From positions 6,634,001 through 6,698,000 of the forward strand of contig NC_082738.1 of assembly GCF_030144855.1 (NCBI RefSeq): a stretch of 64,000 nt of DNA, written 5' to 3'. The first letter of the stretch is position 1; each line of letters begins with the position of its first letter. Shown here piece by piece: positions 35,080-49,435 of this stretch. The notes below the pieces were generated by a model. The model saw only the letters and a list, made by a program, of their open reading frames with translations, made no database searches and was not told where the DNA came from. A program made the translations under genes and the position numbers. This stretch comes from Hypanus sabinus (taxonomy: Eukaryota).

Positions 35080-37200
35080 TGTCAGGAAACTTAGAGGAGG
35101 CTTGAACCAAAAGCAGAGCAGCGGAGATGATTCAGTGATGAGTAATAATTTTACTAATAAACTGCAAAATAATAAACCATGAGGGGCCACAAAATAAGAG
35201 AGAATGGATACTTGACAAGGCAACAAGGTAACTGAAGGCTAGGAGCAACTGGTTGAGGTTGGCTGGTTCAATGAATAAACAGGTATTGTGGATGAGAGCT
35301 GGGTTTAAATAGGCTGCAGGTGATGAGTTGGAAATGAATGGCAGGTGACTCCTGTCAGCTGGATAGAGACTGGGAAGTGTCTGCCTGTGCAGGCCTAACA
35401 GGACCACCCTCCCTGCCCCATGGCTGGCACCTGATGGCTCATGACGATCCAGATGCATCTTGTGGAATTCCTCGATGAATAATGGATTCAAGATGAAACT
35501 GGACAGCACCCAAGTCCTCTCCTGCAAGCCATACCCTTCTCAGTTGAGCAGGTTGCTGATTGGAGAGAGCAATCTAGTGGGCCGCCTTGGAGAACTGATC
35601 CACCACTGTCATCATTACCATGGCCCCATTGGAAGGTGGCATATCCATGATGAAATCCATGGTGATGTGGGACCATGGGCATTGAGGGACTGGCAGGGAA
35701 TGCAGGAGCCCAGATGGCAGCTGGTTGGAGGAATTGCACTGGGCACAATGAGGGGAGGCAGCGATGAACTGACGTACATCTGTGATCATGGTCGGCCACC
35801 AGAACCAGCGTCACAGAAAATCCAGGGCCTGTTGTGTGCCTGGATGGCCAGAGAGGGTGGTGTAGGGCCTGGCAGATCTGGTTCTCAAGATCCCAGACAG
35901 TTGAGGTGAGGATCTGCGAGGAAGGAATGTTGGGCTGAGGGTTGATCTCCATTTCAGCTGAGACGAACTGGTGAATTGACTTGAATTGACTTTATTACTT
36001 ACATCCTTCATATACATGAGGAGTAAAAATCTTTACATTATGTCTCTGTCTAAATTTGCAATGTGCAATAAATGGTGATTTATAATAAATAGTATGTGTG
36101 AGCCAATTTCTCCATTGCTCCAAGAACCATTTGATGGTGAATAATTCCCTGTCTTCTTCTCCATAATGGTGTTGTGTAGAGTCAAACTTACAAGAGAAGA
36201 AGGAACAAAGATGTGTCTTCCCATTTGGTTCTTGCTGAGAGAGGATAGCTCCAGTGCCCATGTAAGATTGTAAGATATATCCACCTCCACCACAAAAGGT
36301 CTGGATGGTGGTGAAGCATCTCTCGAGCTTCTTGAAAACTGTGGTCCGTGGCAGGAGAGCAGGTTATCCATGAGGTAGGTGACTTGGTGAGGGAGGTGAG
36401 ATGAGTGATGATTTGGCTGTAGTTTCTGATGAAGTGGTAGTAGAAGTTGGAGAAGCCCAGGAAGTGCTGCAGCTGTTTGAAGGAGCGCGGTCGGGGCCAT
36501 TCAGTGATGGATACTTTCTCTGTTAAGCCTTCGGGTGAAAGGACGCAACCCTGGAAGGAAACGACTGGGATGTGGAACTGGCATTTCTCTAACTTGCAGT
36601 ACAGTTGGTTTTCGAGGAGTTGAAGAAGGACTGATCAGACATGATAGGAATGGTCTTGGGGGTTCTTGGAGAAGATGAAAATGTTGTTGAGGTAGAAGAA
36701 TCCTGCACCGGCTGAGGACTGGGATGGTCGAATGAAGCCATACTGTAGTGATTCAGTGATGGAGTCATTCATGGCTTCGTCTCGGGAGGAGAAAGAGAGA
36801 AAAGACAACCTTGGGGAGGGGTGGTGACCAGGATGATGTTAATAGTGCAGTCGTGCGGTCTGTGAGGCATCACCCTTTTACTGAAGGCAATGGCTAAGTT
36901 GTGGTTAACTGTGGGAATTTGGTGAGGTTGAGGGCTTCACGGATTGACAGGGTGAGGTCAACTGAGATTGCAGGCAGGTGATCTGGCAGGTAGGTCCCAA
37001 CTCAGCAGTGGACCAGATGACTAGGCGAAGTGAGAGTCTGAGTGGAGAGCCAGGGGTAACCCAAGATGACAAGAGTGTTTGGTGAGTCAGATGGACTCAT
37101 GGTGCTCTCCAATGCTCATGTGCACAGGCCTTGTGTGTGTGCTCTGACCATCCCAGACTGCAAGGGATGTCTGTCGATGGTTGTGATGCAGAAGGGGTGA
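35080..37200 (-). mobile_element. Chromoviral (sushi-like) Gypsy element, decayed, 3' LTR retained
   Basis: LTR 35080-35400 (TGTCAGG...CCTAACA); PPT AGGGAGGGTGGTCC abutting it. Chromodomain end ERTWV..FILNP..IEEFH; integrase CAQC...[10 protein letters not shown]...[10 protein letters not shown]; RNase H PFVVEVD, GAILSQ, DRELFTIK; RT KLEKCQFH. Confidence 0.88.
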
Positions 37201-38169
37201 GAGATAGGCTGGGTAGGCAGTCCAAGCTGCACACACAGTGTGGCATAGCACCAGCATTGAAAAACACAGTGGTGAAAAGCTAAGTCCATCTCTCAGTGGC
37301 TGATGGTTCAAATACTGGTTATTCACATTGACATTAGTAGCTGTTGTGAGGATATTTTGCTGTCTCGCAATTAATGGGTTTTGATGTTTAGCAGGACTTT
37401 GGGGGAAAAAATAATAAGAAGATACTTACATTGGCATCAGAGTCAGTAACCAGGTGACAGATTTATGGCAATTGGAGAAAGAACTGGAAGTGAAATGAGG
37501 ATTTATTTACTCAGTGGGTTGATATGATCTCAAATGCACAGCCTGGTTACTTGTTTCCTGCAATGGACCATCAAAGGCCAATGGCCGTGGTTATAACTCT
37601 AAGACAAGTTATTATAATAGGGCTATTGGTTCATGTAATGGAGGTGTGGCTGTTCGAATAGAGCTGCTGTCACTAATTCTAAAAGAGTCTCCTTTTATTA
37701 TTGATGCTGCATTTGTAGGTTTCCAATATTTAATTATTGATAGGGGAAGATTACAATTTGTTTTCACTCTGGTGTCATGCATTTTTTAAGTATTAAACAT
37801 AAGAGATTCTGCAGATGCTGGAAATCCAGAGCAACACACACAAAATGCTGGAGGAACTCAGCAGGTCAGGCAACATCTGTGGAAATGAGTAAATAGTCTA
37901 TGTTCCAGGCAAGGCTCTTCATCAGGAATATTTTTAAAATATCGTCAAGCCCACAAACCATAGCACCTTCAGAAGTAAAATGGATAAATGACAAAATTTG
38001 CAACTCAGTATAGTCTGCATTTCAGAATGACAATATTCATAGTTCATCATCCTGCCATCCATGGTTGTTTATTGTGATAAACTGAAAATAGATCTCAACA
38101 TGTCACAATGCAAGGGAAGTTACAAACTTGTGAAAACCAAAATCTTAATTCTCCACAACAAGCCATTCA

Positions 38170-40135
38170 ATTAGACTTTAAACACAACAGCTGTATACCA
38201 ATGGAATAGGAGCCCAATGCCCATGACAAAAGCATGACAGCAGCCACGAAAGCTCACCCATCCCACGTGAGCAGCCACTGTCTGTCACAGCACCTGATGT
38301 GAGAAGGACTCTGCAGAGAGTCAATCTCCTTAAGGCAGCTGGGCCAGTCAACATCCCAGGCCGAGTACTCAGGGAGTGTGCACACCAGCTCACTGACACC
38401 TTCATGGACATCTTCAACATTTCACTCATCCAGGCTGCTGTCCCCATATGCTTCAAATCAGCCACCATCATCCTGGTACCAAGTACTCTACACCTTCAGA
38501 ACTGAATAGCTACTGCCTGGTAGCACTGACACCAGTATCAGGTATTGCTTTGAACTGCTGTTAATGGCACATATAAAAAAACTTCATTCCTGCCACATTG
38601 GATACTCACCAATATCAAGTTTAGTTTATTGTCATTCAACTGTACACATGTATGCAGCCAAACAAAACTTTCTTCCGGACTAAGGTACACATCACAATAA
38701 ATATAACTCACACACAGAACACATAAATTAATATTACCACAAATAGATAAAGGTGCATATCCAATACAAGTTGAAAAGTAAACAGTATAATACTACTGGT
38801 GCTTCATACATGAAGAACTGACAGAACCACTGTACAACAAATGGCAGAGCATTTGTCATGCACCTGAACCTGACACACCCGGAAGAACAAGGACAAGGGT
38901 CAGGATGCTGTTTCTGGATTTCATTCTGGCATACAAAAACTATTGTCCCACAGATGTTAGTAAACAAACTCCTACTTCGCGGTCTAAACACATCACGGTG
39001 CAACTAGGTGTTCCTAACCGACAGACCTCAGAGAGTCAGGATACACAACTGTTCCGCTCTCCCCATCACTTTCAATATGGGTGCACCCCCATGGCTGTGT
39101 GCTGAGCCCACTGCTCACACTCTGATCACACGTGACTGCGCGGCCAAACACACAAATAATCACATTGTCAAGTTTGCCGATGACACAGCAGAGGTGGGGC
39201 TCACCACGGACAACAATGAAATGGCCTACAAAGAGGAGGTGGAAGAGCTTGAGGTCTAGTGCCAGGCAAACAACTGCTTCCTCAACGCCAACAAGACTAA
39301 GGAGATACCGGTTATCAACTTCAGGAGAACTCACGCCACTCAAACCCATCTTTACATTGGCGGCAAAGCAGTGGAAACTGTGAGCAGTTACAGACTCAAG
39401 GGAATGCGCACCTCACACAACCTCTCATGGCCCCAGATGCATCCTACACAGTCAAGAAAGCTCACCACCAATGCCTCTACTTTCTGAAGAGTTTAAAGAG
39501 AGCTGGACTTCTGCACATCTGTACTCACGTCCTTCTCCAGATGTGCAGTAGAGAGCGTCCTGACAAGCTCCATCACTACACGGTACGGAAACTGCACTGC
39601 AGTGGACAGGAAGCCTCTACAACGGGTAGTCAAAACTGCCCAATGCAACACCGGCACCAGCCTGTCCAACATCAGGGATACATATACAGAAAGGAGATGG
39701 GAAAGGGCCAGTAACACCATGAAGGATCCCACCCACCCACCCTGGTCATGATCTGTTTGTCCCACTCCCATCAGGGAGGAGGTTGCATAGCATCCACACC
39801 AGAACCACCAGACTCAAAACAATTACTTTCCCCAAGCAGTAAGGCTGATCAAAACCTCCACCCACTAACCCACCCCTCCACACCCCCAACCACCACTACT
39901 TTATCACTCCCTGTCAATCATCTTACTTACAGACACTCCTGTACCTAGCGTCACATTATGGAGATACTATCAATCTATGTTTATAAGCTATCTTATGTAT
40001 TTATATTTATTGTGTTTTTTATTACTGTGTTCTTTATCTTATTGTGCTCTTTTGAGCTACATCAGATCCAGGATACCAGTTACTTCATTCTCCTTTACAC
40101 TTGAGTACAAGAAATGACACTAAACAATCTTGAAC
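38170..40135 (+). mobile_element. Rex1-like LINE, ~2 kb, with a minus-strand tail insert at ~38615-38820
   Basis: KAAGPVNIPGRVLRECAHQL, VPICFKSATI, MLFLDF, VKFADDT; 3' UTR ends TAAACAATCTTGAA. Confidence 0.85.
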
Positions 40136-40865
40136 AATGTTCAATTGTTCTCAGACATAAATGATCTCAGTCTTTTGGGCTACTACGCTTGTAATATGGT
40201 TTGACATTTTTTTTGTAAGGAACTAATACCTCTTTGGATCTTGACAGTCCTACAGGTTTTAGATATTAAAGGAAGTTTTTGAGCTTTGTTGGGAAGCCTG
40301 GCATTACGGTGGATTATTTCTGGGATTTAAGAGCTAGGATTATGAAGAAATGAATTAGAGCTGATTGGCAGGGTTTAAATGGCATGATATGTTTTAATAT
40401 TGTGCTTGACTGGCGTGATGTTATTTAATATTATCTTCCTCTTTAATGCTGTATTAAAATTGAGTCTGAGTGAAAAGCAGATAAAGACCAAGAAACGATA
40501 GTTTCCCAAAAGGTGCAATAGATGGCTTTTACAGCAGGACACCAACAAATGCTTCCCTGCTCCAATCTTTGTATCTGCATAAAGTCTCTTCAGGATATGC
40601 CCACTTTGAAAAGTTTTCTTTCTCCCTTCAACAAGACTTCTGTGAGACACTCTCTCTCACTGCTCCCCCCGCTGTGTAATCCAGATGAAGGGTTTCGAAC
40701 TGAAAGGTCAGCTGTTCACTTCCCTCCATCGATGCTACCTGATCTGATTAGTTCCTGTCGTGTTATGTGTGTTGCTCCGGATTCCAGTATCTGCAGTCTC
40801 CTGCGTCCACACTTCATCTCTTATGGACAGATAGCACAAATGACCAGGATTTGCACACATCCTGA

Positions 40866-41120
40866 CTTCTTCTTCTTGAGCCCATCATGCCTATTGTGCA
40901 CAGGCTGTTGACAGCAGCTCATCAGAGTCTTCTGTGCTGGGCCAGTCTTTCAAGTTGTCCCCAGGTGTACTCCATCTTCAAAGGTCCTTCTTCTCCCAGG
41001 GATGAGGACTTTGGAGCTTCTGTTGGCTTTTCTGCAGCTCTGGGGGCTTTTATGGGATGGGGTTGCTAGCCCCATGTCCAACTCTCCTCTTTTTGCAGCT
41101 GGGCTTGGGACTGTCCATAG
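40866..41120 (-). mobile_element. Bipartite non-autonomous RTE-type element
   Basis: Minus strand: RTE 5'UTR-like GTCCCAAGCCC...GGGCTAGCAACCCCATCCC joined to a 3' end with a (GAA)n tail. Confidence 0.5.
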
Positions 41121-41214
41121 TGGAACTTCACGTATCCTGTGCTGCCTATTATTTTATTCCCAGGCCAAGATTCATGGTGTTGGTGTGGGAGATCTGATTG
41201 GACCTGCACTGTGG

Positions 41215-41405
41215 CCAAGGGAAGTATCAGAGCCTGCTGGGTTGGGGCATCAGAACCCAGCACGGATGGATGATGGAAAGAGAGTGGGGGCATCAGAGCC
41301 TGGCACTGGTAGGGAGCAGCACTGGAGCTCAACACAGATGGATGGATGTGAGAAGGACATCAAGCCCCAACACATGCATTGGAGTGGGAGCATCAGGGAT
41401 CTCCA
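41215..41405. repeat. Degenerate minisatellite-like array
   Basis: Five to six variants of a GGGGCATCAGAGCC(N)GCAC core. Confidence 0.45.
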
Positions 41406-41924
41406 TTGATGGGTAGTTTTTTGCAGATAGGGAGTGGACATTGGAGGTTAAAACATTAGCATTCAGTGTGATGTTTCAGAGATTAGGATATTAGAGCCTG
41501 GGACGAGATCAGGGGAATGGAACTGAGATGGTGCGGGCAAAGGTGCAGTAACAGATAACAGGGGGTCGGAGACCCTAAAGGAGAAGGGATGTACTGTAAT
41601 TAACTTATGTGGTAGGTGTAAAAGTGAGTGCTGCCCAGGGCAGATCAGTAGTGTCTGATGACAGACATTCCCAGGAGAAAGGATAGCAAGTTCCTCTCGT
41701 GCTTTCATTGAGAATGATGTCACCAGGTGCACTATGTGAAAATCTTGTCAGGGTCGCCAGAGTGACTCACTTCAAAACAACCTGAAAAGATCGACTTCAC
41801 TCTGGAACTGAAAAATACATCCCATTTCTGTTGCATAATATTAGGGGGAACAAATAAAGTCTTGCAAGTGAATTTCAAACCAACAATTTCTTACAGCTTA
41901 GAAGATTGGTCTTGAAGATATAAG

Positions 41925-42420
41925 AGTCATAGAGTCATAGCAAACTACTGCACAGATACATGCCCTTCGGCCCATCCAGTCTGTGCCAAACTATTTAAAC
42001 TGCCTACGCCCATTGACCTGCATCCAGACCATAGGCCTCCTTATCCCTTCCATGCAAACTTCTCTTGAACGTTGAAATTGGGTTTGCATGCTCTTGCACT
42101 GGCAGCTCATTCCACACTCTCACCTCCATCTAAGTGAAAAGCTTTTCTCTCATGTTCCCCTGAACATTTCACCTTTAATCCTCAACCCATGACCTCTAGT
42201 TGTAGTTTCATCCACCCTCTTTGGAAAAAAGCATGCTTGCATTTACCCTATCTATACTTTGTCTACCTCATTCAAATTTCCCCTCTATCTTCTATGTTCT
42301 AAGGAATAAAGTTCAAACCTATTCAATCTTTCTTTATAACCCCAGACCTGGCAACATCATTGTAAATTTTCTCTGTACTCTTTCAATTATTTTTACATCT
42401 TTGGTAAGTGACCAAAACTA
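41925..42420 (-). mobile_element. CR1 3' fragment
   Basis: Tail AGAGTCATAGAGTCATAG plus GCCCTTCGGCCCATC, antisense of the CR1 3' end. Confidence 0.75.
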
Positions 42421-42999
42421 CAAGACAAACTTAAAGAAGCAGGTGCTTCAAAATTCAATTTCCTTCTGCAGAGAAAAAGTTCTTTCTGCACTTTTGATTG
42501 AAATTTAGAAGAGCCTCTACTTTCCCTCACTGCAATAAATAACCATGATTGGAGTCTGGTTCCACCAACAAAACAATAAACATCCTCATCTATTTGGGAA
42601 TAATACACTCAGGGTACAAGTTAGAGAAGACAATTGCCATTTAGCTGAAACCATAACCCATTCAATTCTCAGTTCTTTCAAGGTGCAGCAAGCAGAATGA
42701 GTAAAGGAGCACCAACAAATAGGGTATATTTGGATTTTTAGAAGGCATTTGATAAGGGGCCATATGAAAAGTTGAAGCACAAGATTGATGGTGATATGAT
42801 AGGATAGATTGGGGATTGGCTAAATGACAGAAAACAGATGGATAAATGTGTCATTTCAGACTGGTAATTAGTAATTAGCAAAATGCCGTATCAACTGTTA
42901 ACCTTATTGACTTGGATGAAGGGATTAAATACACTGTAGATAAATTTCTTGATGATGCAACAAGACATCAGTTGTCAAGTTGTGAGAAGGACACTAAGC

Positions 43000-43330
43000 A
43001 ACTCAGTGGCACAGCTAGGAGGGCTGCTATCTTGCAATGCCAGAGACCAGGGTTCTATCCTGGCTTTAGGTTCAGAATGTGTGAAGCTTGCACCTTCTCC
43101 ATGTGAGTTTCTTCTGGGTGCTCTGCTTTCCTCCTATGTCAAAAGATATGCAAGTTGGCAGGTTAACTGGCCACTGTAAATCTCCTTTCATGTGTTGTTG
43201 AGTGGTAGTACCTGGAGGGAGCTGATGAGAATGTGGGGAGAATAGTGAAAATTGGATTAGTGTAGGATTATTGTAATTGCATGCCTGACTCAGTGATCCA
43301 AAGGCTCTGATTCCATACTGTGTGTCTCTA
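43000..43330 (+). mobile_element. tRNA-derived V-SINE (HE1-like); other copies ~46600-46820 (-), 49010-49260 (+), 55125-55278 (+)
   Basis: A-box-like GTGGCACAGCTAG, B-box-like GGTTCTATCC, V-domain TTGCACCTTCTCC...TGGGTGCTCTGCTTTCCTCC...GGTTAACTGGCC. Confidence 0.7.
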
Positions 43331-43414
43331 TGACAAAGACCCAACAAAGGAACATAGATAAGTGAGTGAATAAGGTTGGTAGACTGCATATAATGTAGGA
43401 AATAGAAACATCTT

Positions 43415-44110
43415 ATACACCTTCCTTAGCTCCAAAGTGAAAATCCCAAGCTCGCTGAACATTTCCTCATGAGACATGCTCTCTAATTCAAGCAGCATCC
43501 AGGTAAATCTCCTCTGCACCTCTCTAAATCTTCCACTTCTTTCCTATAATGAGACAACCAGAACTGAACACAATATTCCAAGTGTGGTCTAACCAGGGTT
43601 TTATAAGATTGGAAAATTACCTTGCAACTCTTGAAGTCAGTCCCCTTGACTAATGAAGGCCAACATACTATATGCTTCCTTATGCATATCCTATCAGCTT
43701 ATGCAGCAACTTGGAGGGACCTGTGGATGTGGATCCCAAAATCCTTCTATTCCTCCACACTGCTAAGGTTACTGCCACTAACCCTGAAGTTTGCCTTCAA
43801 GGTTGACCTTCCAAAGTGTATCACTTCACACTTTTCGAGATTGAACTCCACCTGCCACTTCTCAACTTGGTTCTACGTCTTATCAATGTCCCGTCTCAAA
43901 CTATGGCAATCTTCCACGCTATCCACAACACCACCAACCTTCATGTCATCTGCAAGCTTACTAACCCACCCTCCCACTTCCTCATATAAGTCATTTATAA
44001 GAATTACAAAGAGCAGGGGTCCCAGAGCAGCTACCTGCAGAACACCGCTAGTCACGAACCTCCAGGCAGAATACATTCCATCTACTGCCACCCTTGTCCT
44101 TCTGTGGGCA
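43415..44110 (-). mobile_element. CR1 ORF2 RT fragment
   Basis: [28 protein letters not shown]...LADDMK; QRRFTWML. Confidence 0.85.
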
Positions 44111-45054
44111 AGTGAATTCTTACATTTGGCATTTATTTCTTATTCTAGATTTCTACCCTTCTTTCAAAAGGTGAATTTTTCAGGATTTCCCAACCACCAC
44201 ATTGTGATTCTTAAAGCTGGGTCCTCCATAGGATAACTTCCAAAGCCTCAGTATGTTGCTTAAGAGCCTTTCAGAAAAGAGTTATTGTGTTCAGCCTGGT
44301 GACATGAATATACTGTATTCACCAAAGATTCAAGCGGCTTTGGCAACTGCACGCCATTTAATTAGATTACATTCCAAAAGCCCATCTTGTCACACTCCAT
44401 CTGGGTGCTACTGCACTGCAGAGCTTCACAAACAATTTGAATGGACTGAAGAAGTGAAATACTCTCTTTAATTTTGTACTGGTCAATGAGTATACAGAAG
44501 AACTAACACTAGTCAACCTTTACTGATGTGTCCACTGTCCTCTGCATCAAGAACTCCATTCCCAGGTCTCCAACTCATTATCACCCTGGCAACCATCTGA
44601 GTCTAAGTGAAAAAGCTTGCAACTTTGTCACATCTCACCGTGATTTGGGTGGTGGTCCACCTTTCTATACCACCAATAAAGTGGCACCTGGAACATCACT
44701 CTCTTCCCTCCTGCTTCAGCTCAACTGCTACTGAACACTCCACTCCACATAGTCAGTTTCATTTGTATTTTTGAATTACTCTATGGTATTGACATCTTTC
44801 TATCCATATTCCCCAGACTTATAACCTTTTCATTTATCTGGGCTCCTCTCACTCTACTCTCCTGAGCATTCCTAATTGTAGTTATTCCACCATAGAAATG
44901 CTACCAAGGAAATCCTTTCTAAACCATTCCATCTGTCCACCCTTCCTTCCTCTTTCACAATACTCCTTTGACTCAGATTTCGGTCACCTCCCCTATGAAA
45001 TTTTATTTGATAATGCTGTAGGGAGGCAGTTCAGGCCATTTAACAACATGACAG

Positions 45055-45545
45055 ATCAGAATCAGAATCGGAATCAGGTTTATTATCACTGACATTTGTC
45101 GTGAAGTGTGTTGCTTTGTGGCAGCAGTACAGTGCAATACATAAAAAATATATAAGTTATAATAAGAAATATGCAAAGTAAGTAAGTAGCACAAAAAGTG
45201 AGTAAAATGTTGATATAGTGTTCATGAGTTCATGGACCATTCAGAAATCTGATGACAGAAAGGAAGAAGCAGTTCCTAAAACATTGGGTGTGTGTCTTCA
45301 GGCTCCTGTACCTCCTCCCTGATGGCAGTAGTGATAAGTGAGCATATCCTGAATGGTCAGAGTACTTAATGATGGATGCCAACTTCTTGAGGCATCACCT
45401 TTTGAAGGTTTTCTCAACAGTGGGGAGGCTCGTGCACATGAGAGAGCTGGTTGAGCTTATCCCTTTGCAGCTTTTCCAATCTTGTGCATTGGTGCCTCCA
45501 TACCAGATTGCAATGTGACCAGTCAAAATGTTCTCCACAGTTGTT
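45055..45545 (-). mobile_element. Rex1-like 3' fragment with (CTGATT)n tail
   Basis: ATCAGAATCAGAATCGGAATCAGGTTTATTATCACTGAC; body matches 70-490. Confidence 0.8.
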
Positions 45546-47059
45546 GGTAGAATATCCAAGATACAGTGTTACTCAATGATGACCAGCGGAGGATCCTGAT
45601 ATCATTCTTCATGGATTAAAATCAGGAATCTTGGATCCCATTTTGGAAGTGGTTAAGTTTTGCTTATGCTTATTTAAACATACTGTTAGGTAATCTCACT
45701 CTCCATCAACGTGGTAAGTGGTTTTGTAGAGAACTGTTAAGTACTGGGTTTTTAAGTGGAAACACAGAAGTGAATGATTTTCCAAAAGCATTGATTTGGA
45801 ATGAAACCAATTTGCCTTAAGTGCATAAGGTGATTGCAGACAGTAAACATCAACAATATGATTTACAAGAACGCACTATAATATTTTGGAATAATTAATA
45901 TTAGGGTTATTAGCATGCATCTGATATCATTCCTTGCTCTGAATTCCTAAAAAAAACTGCAAGCTCCAAAAAGCTTCAAGAAGCTCTGAGGATGTTGCTT
46001 CATTGTGGGAGTGCTGCATTGTCTGAGGTGTTTCCTTTCAAATCAAACCACCTGCTTACCCCAATAGTGACTGAAATACTCAGCAGGTCAAGCAGCATCC
46101 ATCATCTGAAGCACGATTATCCTTTTGTACAACTGTGTTCTCCCCAGGGTCCTGCCAACCCTTAACCTACATCTGCTACGTTCAGCAAAATTATCAACTT
46201 GTTTTTTGAAATATAGTTTTGCTACAAATGCTCTTACAAAATAATTTCTTGCGCACTCACAACATTGCTGCACAGAGGAACCATTTGGCAGTGTAACGAG
46301 AATCCTATTCTCTATCTAGCTCAAGCCTGGGAGTTCTTGATGGGACAGTGTAGAAAGAGCTTTGTCTGCATCAAATGAACATTTTACCTGATCTGCTTAA
46401 TAGAACAGTGGAGGAGTCTGAGTTTTGCAGTTAACAATTATGTTAGCTTGTCTGGAGGTGTACAAAAGGCATTTTGTGGGAACTCTAGTCTATATTTTAT
46501 AAGAACCCACCTAAAATACCGGAGGAACAAAACAGATCAGGCAACAACTACAGAGGGAAATGAACAGTTGATGTTTTGATGTAAATTGTCCCTTTGAGCC
46601 ATGCCATCCACCAAATCCACTGATTTAACCCTAGCCTAATCACTGGCCAATTTTCAATGACCATTCAACCAACCAACCGGTAGGTCTTTGGACTGTGGGA
46701 AGAAGCCAGAGCACCCGGAGGAAACTCATGGGAAGAATGGGAAGAACATACAAACTCCTTATGGGCAGCGGTGGGAGTTAAACCCAGATTGCCTGTACTG
46801 TAAAGTTTTGGGCTAAACCACTACCATACATAGCTGAGAAGATACTCCAGTGTAAATGAGGTCAGCAAATCCCAATCATTTGACTGGGCACTGTCATTTG
46901 TCTTTTAGGGTCCATGGTCCATAGAAACAGCTTTCTGTTGATTACTATCCAGCAGCTATTACTAAACAGATACAAGTACTGATGTCCAATGGGGGCAGGT
47001 CACATCATAATGGGTTATAATGCTCTTATATTCAGATCAGAACTACACACTGGGAAGGA

Positions 47060-47840
47060 ATGTCCCTCCTTCTGCAACTGGATCATCGACTTCCTAACTG
47101 GAAGATCACAATCTGTGCGGATCACAAGTAACATCTCCACCTTGCTGATAATTAACACTGGTGCACCTCAGGGATGTGTGCTTAGCCCACTGCTCCACTC
47201 TCCCTACACCCATGACCATGTGGCAAGACACAACTCAAATACCATCTGTAAATTTGCTGATGATACAACCATAGTTGGCAGCATTTCAGATGGAGACAAG
47301 AGGGTGTACTGGAGCAAGATGTATCAGCTAGCTGAGTGGTGTCCCAGCAACAACCTTGCACTCGATGTCAGTAAGACCAAAGAACTGATTGTGGACTTCA
47401 GAAAGGGTAAGATGAGGGAACACACACCAGTCCTCATAGAGGGATCAGATGTGGAAAGAGTGAGCAATTTCAAGTTCCTGAGAGTTAATATCTCTGAGGA
47501 TCTATCCTGGGCCCAACATATCGATTCAGCTACAAAAAAAGCACGACAATGGCTGCATTTCTTTAAGGGTCTAAGGAGATTTTGTATGCCACCAAAGATG
47601 CAAATTTACACAGATGTACTGGTAGAGCATTTATTTTGGCTGCATCACTGTCTGGTATGTGGCGGGGGGAGGGGGTCAGGGAGGTTACTGCACAGGATGA
47701 AAATAAGCTGCAGAGAGTTGCAAACCTAGTCAGCTCCATCATGGGCACCAGCCTCTCCAGCATCCAGGACATCTTCAAGCAGTGATGCCTCAGGAAGGCA
47801 GCAACCATCATTAAGCACCCTGCCCCATCACCCAGGACAC
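47060..47840 (+). mobile_element. Rex1-like RT fragment
   Basis: [37 protein letters not shown]. Confidence 0.88.
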
Positions 47841-48089
47841 TATAAATTGCCATTAGTGTAGATGGGTGGCAGGACAGGAGAACAGGGAGTGGATGGGTTT
47901 GAGAAAGGGTATAGGTAATGGGGAAAATGTAGGAGAGGGTAGGACAGCTTAGACTTAATGGGCTGAATGATGACATTATAAGTTAGTTTGAATGGTCAGG
48001 TTGGGATGCTAGGCTGCTTGATGGGACATTGGAAGAGGAGGTATCAGACAGGGAGACAATTAGGAAAGTTGGGTCTTTTAACAGTGAAG

Positions 48090-48232
48090 GGGTGGTGTGT
48101 GTATATGGTGTATGTATGTTGTGCGTGTAGGTATGCATATGTGTGGTGTGTGTGTATGTGTATGGTATATGTGAATGTTGTGTGTGTATGTGTATGGTGG
48201 GGATGTATGGTGCATGTGCATGTGTGTGTTGT
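48090..48232. repeat. Imperfect (TG)n/(TATG)n microsatellite
   Basis: Low-complexity TG-rich tract. Confidence 0.85.
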
Positions 48233-48561
48233 CTGATGGCTAAGGACAGAATCCCTTTAATAAAGCTAAAACAAGTTTCGATCCTACTTCAGTGTGTTAG
48301 GTCAAAATTGTTAACATTAGCTCCTATACTCAGTTGAACTGTGGACGACATGACAAACATGAAGTTACTATGATGCTTTTATTCTAAAGTAATTTAGCTG
48401 TTGGGGTTTTGATAAAATTCTGTTTTGCCATGCACAAGATATACACCTATGTGATCAGATTCCTAGACCTCAGTGTTCTCTGTCCACAAGACTCTATTTG
48501 AGCAGCTGAAGAATATCCCATTACTTTCTGTGTCACTACAAAATAATCGAGTGCCGACCTA

Positions 48562-48594
48562 TGCAGTTAGACGAATAGACAGCAGATGGCGCCA
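48562..48594 (+). promoter_or_regulatory. Candidate CTCF site with upstream module
   Basis: TGCAGT-N8-TAGACAGCAGATGGCGCCA, with locally retained CpGs in unique sequence. Confidence 0.65.
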
Positions 48595-49435
48595 AAGATC
48601 TACTCAACCATTGCCAACTCCTTTCTTAATGGAAGTTTGTTTGAATTTGTAAACCAAAGAAAGTTAAATCACATTTTCTTTTGTTCATTGTTTTGAGAAA
48701 TGTTTTCAAATGACATTGAGACTGTGATTTAGTCATCCTTCAATTCATTAGATTTGATTGTTTGTATGCCATTTCAGTATTTTAAATGGAACTTTTCCTG
48801 GGACAAATTTGTTTTACAATTGGGCGGTTCAAAGATTGTTGCAGTCATTCAGTGGTTATTCCATGAACACTGTCTCCAGCTCTGCTCTGGTGGCCCACTG
48901 TGGCACAAAAACTGAAATTGCTGAAAATACACAAAAGGCTTTCAAAAAGAGGAAAAGCTTTTTTCTGTTAGGGGAGAGGTTGCTTTTTTGGCAGCTTGTT
49001 TAGTGGCCATATGCATGTACAGGTTGCTCATTCTCCCTGTGACCCTGTGGGTTTCCTCCCATGTCACAAAAAATGTACCAACTGCTCTAAATTGCCCGTT
49101 TGTGTAGGTTTATGGAAAATTAAAATCAAAAACAGAGTCGGTAGCAGGTGTGAGGAGAATAAGTTACAAGGGTAGAGAGAGAGGAGATGGGACAAATATG
49201 ATTGCTTGACTGGGATCTGTCAGGGACACCCTGGACTAAATGGACTTCTATATTGCTAGAAGTATAAGAAAATAAAAGAAATATGAATATAGTTGGTGAA
49301 TAGTGATATTGGAATCAGGAATCATAAATACCTCCTGCATTCTGACATTTACCTTTCTATTTCATATAGAAAATAATGTCTCATACATTGTAGAAAACAA
49401 ACACTACAAGGTTTACTACTTGTGGGTCGTGAATA

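Noticed and set aside
45690-45720. Possible 24-nt plus-strand exon ending in GTAAGT
   Set aside because: The acceptor lacks a polypyrimidine tract; a lone donor hexamer is expected by chance.
47988-48236. Cys/Val-rich 82-aa ORF
   Set aside because: Translation of a TG microsatellite.
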